The notes below the pieces were generated by a model. It saw only the letters and a list, made by a program, of their open reading frames with translations, was not told the DNA's origin and made no database searches. From positions 1 through 48,580 of the IMG/VR virus record IMGVR_UViG_3300046383_000033: a stretch of DNA of 48,580 bases. One strand, written 5' to 3'. Made by a program: the position numbers and the translations under genes. This document shows, piece by piece, positions 35,147 through 44,700 of this stretch (the stretch's first letter is position 1; every line of letters starts with the position of its first letter). The DNA comes from a virus. Taxonomy: Duplodnaviria > Caudoviricetes.

Positions 35147-35172
35147 TCACAAGCAGATAAAAGGAGCTGAAA

Positions 35173-35907
35173 ATGAAAGTCGTCGAAGGCCTCTTGAACG
35201 CAAAGAGGCCAAAGCCTCCCGCGCCCAAAGCCTCGCCAGATGGATTCAAGTGGCCCGATCAACGCGAAGCGGGAGAGGATGTAGCTAAGAAGGTCGCGGC
35301 CTCCCTGCAAGAACTACTCCCGGCGAGAGGCTGGAAACACACGGACCTCGCGGGCGAATTGTGGGGGACACAAGGCCCGAACGATTCTCCCCGTAACGTC
35401 GGAACAGCCCGGCGCTTCGTGATGGGCGAACTGCCGATTCCGAACGAGCAAACGGCCGGGTACATCGCCCAGGTGCTCGATGTGCCGATGGCCAGACTCC
35501 TGATTCCAGCCGGCCGCTTCAATCCGAAGCCAGACATGATTCGCGAGCGCTCGCCGAATGGCGTGAACAAGGCGAAGATGAAGGGCAAGACAAAGGCCAA
35601 GAAGGGGGCGAAGACAGCCAGCGGGAGGGACCGAGAAAAGCAGCGGAAGTACAACGCCGCCTACCGGGCCAGAAAGGCGGCGGCGAAGACGAAACGCAAG
35701 TACGCCAGACGCGCAAAGCCGACCGCGCCACCCAAGGAAAGCAACGGCAGATGGATACTCGCCGATGGCGTTGAGCCGCCAACCTATACGATCAAGTCGG
35801 CCGTCGATGCCCCGCCAGGACATGTGTCCTTCACGCTGGAGGCGGTGATACCGCACGAGCGAGCGATGGCCATCCTGCACGTGGTCCAGACCGGAGAAGA
35901 GCCCTAG
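35173..35907 (+). CDS. XRE-like HTH protein with Lys/Ala-rich basic linker
   Basis: 'GWKHTDLAGEL...G..IP......IAQVL.V'; GGAGCTG leader. Confidence 0.65.
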   Translation: MKVVEGLLNAKRPKPPAPKASPDGFKWPDQREAGEDVAKKVAASLQELLPARGWKHTDLAGELWGTQGPNDSPRNVGTARRFVMGELPIPNEQTAGYIAQVLDVPMARLLIPAGRFNPKPDMIRERSPNGVNKAKMKGKTKAKKGAKTASGRDREKQRKYNAAYRARKAAAKTKRKYARRAKPTAPPKESNGRWILADGVEPPTYTIKSAVDAPPGHVSFTLEAVIPHERAMAILHVVQTGEEP

Positions 35908-35918
35908 TAGGGGAGTCC

Positions 35919-36182
35919 ATGCGCGGCGTCCGAGCTGACCTGCAAGGCCAACGATTCGGCCATCTGGTTGTCTTGGGCGCCGCGCCATCCGACAGCGGCG
36001 CGCGCTGGCAATGTCGCTGCGATTGCGGCAAGCGCGTAACCAGATTCGGCCGCGATCTAGTTAGACCAAATTGGACCCATTCCTGCGGATGCAGGCCAGC
36101 CGTCACCAAATCGGTCTACAAGCGTCTCAAGGCGCAAGGCTATCCGCGCCTTCAAGCGCTCCACGTGGAACAAAAGAAATGA
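35919..36182 (+). CDS. Zn-binding domain of the type found on HNH/AP2 phage proteins
   Basis: 'DLQGQRFGHLVV...W.CRCDCG......L.....SCGC'. Confidence 0.75.
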   Translation: MRGVRADLQGQRFGHLVVLGAAPSDSGARWQCRCDCGKRVTRFGRDLVRPNWTHSCGCRPAVTKSVYKRLKAQGYPRLQALHVEQKK

Positions 36183-36367
36183 ACATTATCGAAGCCCGCC
36201 AGCTCCGCGAAAAAGCCGAGCACGCGATAAACGGAATCCTCAACCGTTTGCAGTTTGAAACCGGGTTGGACATCGCCAAGGTCGAGGTGATTCTGATCGT
36301 AGACGCCACTGGCGACGGCGACCCGAAGCGGCGGGCGCACGCGGTTCGCATAGACCTGGCTGTATGA
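36179..36367 (+). CDS. hypothetical protein
   Basis: ATGA coupling. Confidence 0.6.
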   Translation: MNIIEARQLREKAEHAINGILNRLQFETGLDIAKVEVILIVDATGDGDPKRRAHAVRIDLAV

Positions 36368-36762
36368 GCATCAACATCGACAACAACACGCTGGCAATCT
36401 GGTACGTCGAGCTTCAGCCCGGCGTGATCGATTACATGGGCGCTCTCACCCGGCGGGACTACGGTTACAGCTACACATGGCGGATGCGTTACTACAACTC
36501 GTCTGACCAGTGGGACACGAATGACGTAAAGAGGTGGTTCAACATGGAAGTCCCGAGCGCCCACGGCGACGAGGAGGACGAGGGCGCTATAAGCATCATT
36601 CGCGAAACAGTGCTGGCAACGGTGGCCCTTAGTCGCGTGATGGGCAAGCCAGAGCCGGGAGCCATTCATGAACTTCTGCGCGACAAGAAGACACTCGATG
36701 AGTTCGTGAAGGAAATCACTGAATCGCCCTTCGTTCACAAGCGAAAGGTCACACGGCAATGA
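36364..36762 (+). CDS. hypothetical protein
   Basis: ATGA coupling. Confidence 0.65.
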   Translation: MSINIDNNTLAIWYVELQPGVIDYMGALTRRDYGYSYTWRMRYYNSSDQWDTNDVKRWFNMEVPSAHGDEEDEGAISIIRETVLATVALSRVMGKPEPGAIHELLRDKKTLDEFVKEITESPFVHKRKVTRQ

Positions 36763-36965
36763 AGCTACATGCCAGATTCCCGACGCGGCTTCGCGGGCAT
36801 GAGCTGGAGGCGGAAATTGCCGGCGAGTTCGATCCGCCGCTGGTGAGCTTGAAAATTTCGTTCTTCAAGAACGGGGTTCACTTCCCTGTGTTTAATCTGT
36901 CGCGAGAAGAGCTGACGAAGTTGATGCGGCAAGCGGCCGACAGCAAAAAGCGGGCGAAGCACTGA
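36759..36965 (+). CDS. hypothetical protein
   Basis: ATGA coupling. Confidence 0.55.
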   Translation: MKLHARFPTRLRGHELEAEIAGEFDPPLVSLKISFFKNGVHFPVFNLSREELTKLMRQAADSKKRAKH

Positions 36966-37258
36966 TGCTCAATCCCGAACGCGTTCAATTGTGCGACTGG
37001 TGCGAGGAGCCGATCCAGCGCGACGAGCTGTGTCACCAAATTCCGTATATCGGCGATCCCGAGAAACCGTTTCTGTACTTCCATCGCGAGTGTGCGATGC
37101 GTCAGATTACGGGCTCACTCGCGCATGTCATGGAAAGGTGCGGCTGCTACGTGCCGGGCGCGACCGACTCTGATCCACTGGATATGTCTCGGCGTGACGC
37201 GGCACGAGCAGCCGTTAAAGCGTTCGAGTTGAAAATGCGGCTACGGAATAGTCAGTGA
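36965..37258 (+). CDS. Zn-binding hypothetical protein
   Basis: 'CDWCEEPI...FHREC...GSLAH...C.C'. Confidence 0.65.
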   Translation: MLNPERVQLCDWCEEPIQRDELCHQIPYIGDPEKPFLYFHRECAMRQITGSLAHVMERCGCYVPGATDSDPLDMSRRDAARAAVKAFELKMRLRNSQ

Positions 37259-37425
37259 CCCGGAGCCCCCAGCAAGCCCAAAATGTGCTGAAAGCACGGA
37301 ATGAGCAGGATGATGATGACGACCACGACGGCGAAGTACAGCCGTGGTTTTTCCTTGTGGTCACGCCACGCCAGCACGACGAGCACGATGGCGATGATGA
37401 CCAGTAGACAGATGAACCAGTGCAT
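37252..37425 (-). CDS. 57-aa two-TM membrane protein (holin candidate; not in ORF track)
   Basis: AGGAG RBS; MHWFICLLVIIAIVLVVLAW-RDHKEKPR-LYFAVVVVIIILLIPCF... Confidence 0.6.
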   Translation of the reverse strand: MHWFICLLVIIAIVLVVLAWRDHKEKPRLYFAVVVVIIILLIPCFQHILGLLGAPGH

Positions 37426-37433
37426 GTGTTCTC

Positions 37434-37487
37434 CTAGTAGCCGGGTCTAGTCGGCTTTGGCTTTGGCTTCTTGGGCTTGGCTTTCAT
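37434..37487 (-). CDS. 17-aa Lys/Pro micropeptide (not in ORF track)
   Basis: AGGAGGT RBS; MKAKPKKPKPKPTRPGY; exactly fills the intergenic gap. Confidence 0.55.
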   Translation of the reverse strand: MKAKPKKPKPKPTRPGY

Positions 37488-37495
37488 GAGACCTC

Positions 37496-38068
37496 CTACG
37501 TGATGGTGCAGGCGAGGGCGGTCAGCGTGTTCGGCGTCTTGCCTCCCACGCGTACCTCGTTGCTCGTCTGAGCGGCAGTGAGCTGAATCGATCCGTTGAT
37601 GCGGCCCGCGACGATGGCGGCAGTAGCGCCCGCACTCGTGCCGATGGGGATCGCGATGCCGGTGACGTGCCGAACCACGGCGTCGCCGTTAACCTCAAAT
37701 TGGACATCGATGGATTTCGCAGCGTCGGCCTTGCCCGCAAAAATCAGGTTGGGGAGAGACACCGTGACAGATAGCGCCGGGATCGTTGGCGGCGTCGGAG
37801 CTGGCGGCACATCGATGCGCGGCGCGGCGGCAATATCCGCAGCTCCGCCATCGGCGTCCGCGCCCTTGCTCACGGGCGACCCCGTGGGCGCGGCCATGCC
37901 TGATCCTGGCTGAAACTCGCCGCCGAGACTCGGGACCGCGTAGGCGGCATCCGTGCCGGCAAACGCCGGATCGGTCGGGACGAGCGCGGCCGAGGCGTAG
38001 CCGCCGGGCGCGGGCCGCGTGTATGCCATATCGCCAGTGCGAAACGGTGGGTTAGTTTGATCGAGCAT
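37496..38068 (-). CDS. putative virion structural/decoration protein (paralog of 38078..38773)
   Basis: Shared 'TDPAF...Y..PSLGGEF.PG' N-terminus; beta-rich C-terminus. Confidence 0.6.
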   Translation of the reverse strand: MLDQTNPPFRTGDMAYTRPAPGGYASAALVPTDPAFAGTDAAYAVPSLGGEFQPGSGMAAPTGSPVSKGADADGGAADIAAAPRIDVPPAPTPPTIPALSVTVSLPNLIFAGKADAAKSIDVQFEVNGDAVVRHVTGIAIPIGTSAGATAAIVAGRINGSIQLTAAQTSNEVRVGGKTPNTLTALACTIT

Positions 38069-38077
38069 GTGTTGTCC

Positions 38078-38773
38078 TCAGGAAATGGTTACGTTGAAGG
38101 CGGTCAGAACCCCGCCGATACCGATGACGTTGACGGTGCCGCCTGTGCCGGATGCATCGAGGCCAACGAAAGAATCGACTTCGTTGCGCACCTTGGCCGC
38201 GATCTGTGAGGCGGTGTCTCCGCTGACGATTGGAACGGTGAACGTCCCTGACACGCCGCCTGTCGTGTAAGCGATGGTAATCGTGGCGTCGGTCTGTGCT
38301 GGGCCGCTGAACTGCACCGTGCCCTGATTGCTGACGAGCTGGAGCACCGGCATGGAAATGCCGTGCGCCGTCGCCGGGGGCGGCGGTGGTGAGGGCGCTG
38401 GCGACGGTGCCGGCGGCGGATTCGGGTTGTTCATGTCGAGCCCTTCCTTCGGTGTCTTGAACCAAGGGAAGAGGTTGAGGAATGAGCTGTTGTTTGCCGA
38501 GCGGCCGGCGAGCGCATACGCCGGGGTTGCGACCGGTGCCGGCGGCGCAACATAGACGATGTCTTCGCCGAGCGCGGCTTCGCCGCCATCGACGTAGGTG
38601 CTCGATAACAGCGCCGCGTGACCTGGGCCAAACTCGCCGCCCAGCGACGGCTTGCCGTAAGCCTTCGCGTCCGTGAACGCCGGATCGGTGAGCGTGGTGG
38701 ACGCCGGCAGGCCGCCGGGCTGCGGAAGCGCATATGCGGCATCCCCTGCGGGGAGTAGTTCGATGTCTCTCAT
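38078..38773 (-). CDS. putative virion structural/decoration protein (paralog of 37496..38068)
   Basis: Same N-terminal motif, Pro linker, 'GDTASQIAAKV' domain. Confidence 0.6.
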   Translation of the reverse strand: MRDIELLPAGDAAYALPQPGGLPASTTLTDPAFTDAKAYGKPSLGGEFGPGHAALLSSTYVDGGEAALGEDIVYVAPPAPVATPAYALAGRSANNSSFLNLFPWFKTPKEGLDMNNPNPPPAPSPAPSPPPPPATAHGISMPVLQLVSNQGTVQFSGPAQTDATITIAYTTGGVSGTFTVPIVSGDTASQIAAKVRNEVDSFVGLDASGTGGTVNVIGIGGVLTAFNVTIS

Positions 38774-38789
38774 GATGGTTCTCCGTTAT

Positions 38790-41700
38790 TCATTTCGTTT
38801 CGCCAAGGTCGTCGTCCGTGCCGCTCGTGTCGTTCTCCGTGCCGCGCCGCTGAAGCTCGCCTTCTGCTCCGACATCGCCGGCCGCAGCGGCTTTCGTCAG
38901 TTCCTTGTTCGTGTCGCCAACAACGAAGTCTGCTACCGAGTCAGTGACACGCGGCGAGGACAACATCATGAGCCCGATGCCGAGCGCGGCATCGACGCCT
39001 GGGAAGCGGCTCACAATTGAAAGCACGAATGAGCTGGTAAGCGCCGAGGCAGCCTGCCACGTGCCCTCAATGGCCTTGTGGGAATAGGTGTTTGTTTCGC
39101 TGTCGCTGATGACGGCGCGCCCTACGTCTTGCAGGATCTTGAGCCCCGTCGCCGGGACCGGACCGGCCATGAGCTGCGTCAGATCGCGCTCGTATCGCAA
39201 GCCAAGGAACGCGTTCACCAGCGGATCAGCGGCCCCGAACATGCCGGAGCGTGAAATCGACTGCCACGCCCACGCTGGCGCGCCGAACTGCTTCTGACCT
39301 AACTTCTCCTCGATCTCGTCCCAATCGTCGCCGCTGAAAAGGGCCTGACCCGCGACATATGCGGCGAGCTGTCCTGCCGCAATCAGCGAGAGCGAAAGCA
39401 TGGCGGAACCGGCGGCCATTACGCCGAGTGTCCCGTCCGTGTTCCATGTCCGCCGGATTTCCTTCGCGGTCGCAATAAGGATGTTGCGCTGGTACGCGAA
39501 CTGAAACGAGAGGATGCCGTACATGAAGGAATATTCCGGCATCGAGGCCAAGCGCGGTTTGTCGATGGCCGAGGGGTTCTGCACGCCGCCATCCACGAAG
39601 CGGTTGATCGCGGTGCGGATCGCATCGATATGGCGCAACTGGTCGAGCTGCGTTACGTCCTGGATGTTGCCGAGCTGCGCCAGCTCCGCTATGAGGCCTT
39701 CACTGCGCACGTCGAGGCCGAGTTCGGCGAGCGCCTGACGTGCGAGCTGGCCCTTCTTGCCGCCCTTCAGTGCGCGCTTCGCCATGTTCGGCGCGTACCG
39801 CGTCATGAAAATATCGGCGACTGCGCGACGCATACTCATCGCATGCGGATGCACGCCGATGACTTGAAAGAAGCGGGCCATCTTCACGCGGTCGGAGGAG
39901 TTCAGGTCCATCAAGTTGTAGCGCTGGAGCATGATCTGGTCGGCCATATGGTCAGCGACGATGCCGAAGTATTCGGCCATCTCACGACGCCATGCGGCTT
40001 TTTGCTTCGCGGTCTTGATGCCCACTTTCGCGGCCACGTCCTGCATCTGTTTGTAATAGACGCGAAAGCCATCGGTGAGGTTGCCGGTCTTCTTGGCCGT
40101 GACGAACGGCTCGGCGAGCTGCGAGCGCAGGGAGCGAGTGAGTATCACAGGCGTTATGAGTGCTGTGAGTCTCATGCGCCAGCGCATCGCCTTCTTCGTC
40201 ATGTTGGTGTTGTAGCGTCCGACGAGTAGATCGATCGACTTCTGCAACTCCTCGATTTCATCCTGATTGACTCTGTGCATCGAGCCATCTGCGCGACGAT
40301 ACGGCAGGCGCGCCGAATGGAGAGCTGCGTCGAGCTTCCAGCCGAGTTTCTTGTCCTTCGTCTCATTGCCGAAGAACTTGCCGAATTCCACTCGCCGCAC
40401 ACTCTGGCTGATGTACGTGGTAATGAGTTCGAGCGGATCGGTCTTCATGTAGTCAGCCATGATCGCGTCCGTCTCTGCCGGCAATCGCCGTGACTTCGTG
40501 TACTTGCCATCAGGCCCGCGCTTCTCGAAAGAAAATTCCGGCTCCGCGCCGATCCCACGGATTCTCATTTCCCAGTCGTTCGCGGCTTCCATCGCCCATG
40601 GGTTGCGCAGTCCGTCGTACAGCGCTTCGCCGAGTTCCGCGATGCGCTCCTCCAGTTCCGCGGTATCCGTACCGGCCTCAGCCGCCTCCTGTAGTTCCTG
40701 CAACGCGTTCTCGAGATCCTTGGCGTCCTCGAGCATTTGGCGTGCGAGGTCTCGCGCATCCACGATGTTGCCATTGCGCTCAATTTCCCTCACATACTGG
40801 ATGATGTTCTGAAGCCCTTCTGGGTGTTCGAGTGGATCGCGGAGCACGGAGTCGAGCGTGCCGATTTCATCACCGTACACGCGTGCGTATAGGATGCGCG
40901 CCTGCGTGCGGAAGCCATCGATATTGTTTTCCACCAGCATCGAATCGATGACGCGCGGTAGATAGCCGTTCTTCGCGTAGCCGATGTTGACGCCGTTGCT
41001 CGCGTTGTAGGCGTACATGTCATTCAGGAACTTCCGCATGTCGATGGCGGCGTTCCTGATCTTCTCTGACACGGAGTCATGTGGGATCGCGTTCACCAAC
41101 ACATCGCGCAATTGGCGCAGCTCGGCGTCGTTGAAGCCTCTGACATCGTGCTTCTTTACGATTTCGGCGAAACGGTTCTGGTAGGTCTTGTCCCAGTGCC
41201 GTATCTCCTCGCTCCACACAGCGCCCGTGTACCGGCCGGAGCCCGGATCGGTCGCAAACTTCGCGCGCAACCATTCGATGCCCTGATTACCTCTATGGTC
41301 CTCTTCGAGTACGAGGATGTTTCCGCGAATCGTGTACGCCAACATGCGCGGGACGTCGGTGGCGATATCGATAATTTTCAAGCCCTGATTCGCAAGCCAG
41401 CGGCGGCGGCCGGACCAGTTCCGTTCGTTGAGCTTCGAGTCGCGAAGGCGCTGGTCCTGCTTGTCGCGTTCACGCGCCTCGCGGTCGGCGCGATACGCTT
41501 CGGCGCGCGCTTCCTTGAACGGGCGCAGGAGTCGGGCGACTACGCTCTGCGCCTGCTGGATGGTCCTTGCCGGCAGCAAAGGTGCCAACGTTTTCCAGTA
41601 ACGCTGGACAGTGGGATCGATCCTTGCCGGCGCATTACCGCTGTCCACCATCGAGCTGTCGCGCAAGGCGCGCATCAACGTGTCGAGGTTCGCGAAAATA

Positions 41701-44700
41701 TTGGTGCGGTCTGACTGCTGCGGATACGGAACCGTCATTTCGCCGATGCGGTTCTCGTTGTACATGCGCCGGGACTGCGTGACGAATGGGTGATCCGAGG
41801 GGAGTCCGGCGATCTTCTGCGCAGTGAAGGCCTCGAAAGATCGCGCGAACATTTCCGTTGGGCGCTGCCAATAGCCTTTGTCGCTGCCCTCCGGCGTGGG
41901 GCCGTCCATTGCCTTCGCGGCTTCGTAATACTCCGACTCAATGCCTTTCTTCTTCGAGTGGCCCAACTTGAAGTTGTCGAGCTGCGTCTGGAATTTCCGC
42001 CGCTGCTTGTCCGACCTGGCTGTGGCAATTTTCTTCTCAAGGTCCGCGATGTAGAGAGCGGCCTTCGCGCCATCGAAGTACATCGCGTTCAAGACCCCGA
42101 TGTACGCATCGCGCGCCTGTTCGTTCATCGTCTCGGCGACGCCGCCCGCGCGCGTCTTGCCGGTCAGGTGACGGCCCTTGATCGCAAGCATTTCCGGCGC
42201 GAAGGTCTCAACAAGGTAGTGATCGAGCGCATGCGCCCATTCGTGGGCGAACGCATCGTTGCGCCGGGTCATGCCAATCGTGCGCGTGCCTGGATGGTAG
42301 TAGGCGAGTGCGCCGCCTTGGGCCTCACGTTCGAGCGACAGCGCCAGCCGGCCGTTGAGGCTCATCATGCCGGGGTTCATGTTATGCGTTGCGGCAAGGT
42401 TGTTGAGGCCGACGTATGCGTCCTTCAACGCATCGATGGCCTCGCCCCAGTTGAGGTTGTTGGCTTTTGTGATGTCGCGAAAGCCGTATCGCTTCTTCAC
42501 GAGTTCGGCGGCCTTCGCAAACTGCTCGGCCGGCAGAGCCAGAGTCATGAGGCCGGGGTCGATCCCGGCATCCGTCCAAATTTGTTCGTTCTCGGAGGCG
42601 CGCTTCTCGCCCTCACGCGTGATGCTGTACGGGGTGCGCGCCTGCCGATACTTACGCGGCTCCTTGCGGCGCAGTTCGTCGGTCAGGAAGTCTGCTTGAT
42701 CGCTTTCTTCTGATGCTTGATAACGGCTTGCGTCCCGGCCCTCACGAGATCCTGATGGCCGTGCTTTTTCCCCGCCGCCCTCATCGCCTGTCCGAGCAGA
42801 TACGGCCGCAGATGGTTTTCCTCCTGCGGTGAAGAGTCCGCCTTGGGCGGTTGCTTTTCCGGCTTCTTCTCGTTCACGTGCCTGTTCCTTCGTTCTTCGA
42901 GCCTCGTTGATTCTACCGAGTTCGGCGGCCGGCTTCAGGGTAGGCGCTTCACCTTCATCGCCGAAGAGCCCGCCGCCGGCCTGCCTCGGCGGGTACTGGC
43001 GGGCCTGTTTCACGTACTCGGACAGGATGTCACCGATGGCAACGCCGGAGCGCAATCGCTTGGCGTTACCGCGCCCGTCGAAGCTGTAGAAGCTCTGGAT
43101 GAGCTGCTTAACCGTGTCGTCCTTCGGGTCGAGCATGTCTTCCGTGTTGAGCCATTCGGTCACGGCGGCGGCAGAACCGGCGTTACGTACCACCTCGATG
43201 GCCTCGGCGATCTGCGAGCCGATATCGGCCTCGTCCTGAACGCGGCCGGCGGCAATGTCGTCTTTCAGTTTGGCAAACACTGGCGCGTAGCGAACGAGCG
43301 TATTCACCAAGGTCTGCGCGTCGGTGCCAACGGTGCCCACGGCACGACGGATCGCCGCTTCGCCGGCCGGCGTTCCGCCAAATGCCCGCTGTAACAGAGC
43401 CGCCTTCGCACGCGTGACCGCCGCCGGGCTCGGCCGGCCATCCGCGTCCACCAGTTCGCCGCGCTCGGCTGGCGTGAACTTGCTCACGAACGCGGCGACG
43501 AACTTCGCGCCTTCGCTCTTCGCCAGATCGAAGCCCTCAGGCATTTCTTCTGGGAGCTTCGCCATCACTTCTGGCGTCAGCATGTCTTGATCGACGCGCG
43601 CCTGCTCCTCGGCAGACATACGCATAACAGCGGTCTTGTTTGCCTCCTTCGTCCATTTCACCCGCTGCTCGTCCGTCATTTCCGTCATGCGGCGACGGAC
43701 CAGCACGGGGTTCTTCATCTTCGAGACATCGACGCCAGAAGTCTCCGCGACAAACGCGCGGTATCTCTGCGCGGCCTCGGGATTGCGCGAGTACATTTGG
43801 CGGATCGCCCTCACGCGACCGTTGCCGGACTCCACGTAGTTATCGTCTCTGCCGATGATCGGCGCGCCATGTTCGGCGTGGCGACTCAGGCCGAGTTGTT
43901 TGGGGTCCAGGTTGCTGGCCATCTTGCCGACCTGTTCCTCGCGTTTCGCGGTGCGCGGCTGGAGCTTCTGAGGGAACTTCGGGTTGTCCGAGGTGATGAG
44001 GTCGTCGGCTTCGACCACTTCGATGGCGGTATCTACTTCCATGCCGCCGGCAGTAATCACCGTCTCGCGTTTGTCCGTGAGGGCAGGGCGCGTGCCGGTG
44101 TAGATAGGCTCGTCGAATTCAGGTGCCTCTCTTTCGGCGGTCATCCCCGGCTCGTCTTCCGGCGGCTCCTCCTCCGGCATCGTCTCTTCGGCGGCCTGCG
44201 TGCCGATGTCCTCGGCCTGTTCGACCATCTCCTCCTCGGGCTCGCTCGTCGTCTCCTCTGCGTTCGTTTGATGCTGGACAATTTTCATCAACCACTCGGC
44301 AACGTCGAACGAGCGCAGGTCGTGCGGCTTGAGGCCGAGTCCGGCCGCGTAGCCGGTGAGATAGTGTTGAACGGGATTGAAGCCATCCGGCCGCATGTCC
44401 TTCGACGGGAACATTGCCTTCGCGCGCTCAGGATCAATCGGCGTCCCGGCCTTCGCGTCTTTCCAGCCCTGCAACATACCCAGGTCGGCATACACCGGCT
44501 CGTCGCCGACAAACTTCGCGATGCGATCAAACTCGGGGTCGCTCTTGCGAAGAGCCTTGTATTCCTTTCGGATCGCCTTGTGCTTCGCCTTCTCCGCCTT
44601 GATGGATTCTTCACGCTCGCGATCCGATGCTGCCGCCTCTTCGGGAGTCAACGGGGGTTCTTCTGGCGTCACCTCGGCCGGCGGCGCTTCGGGCGCTACC

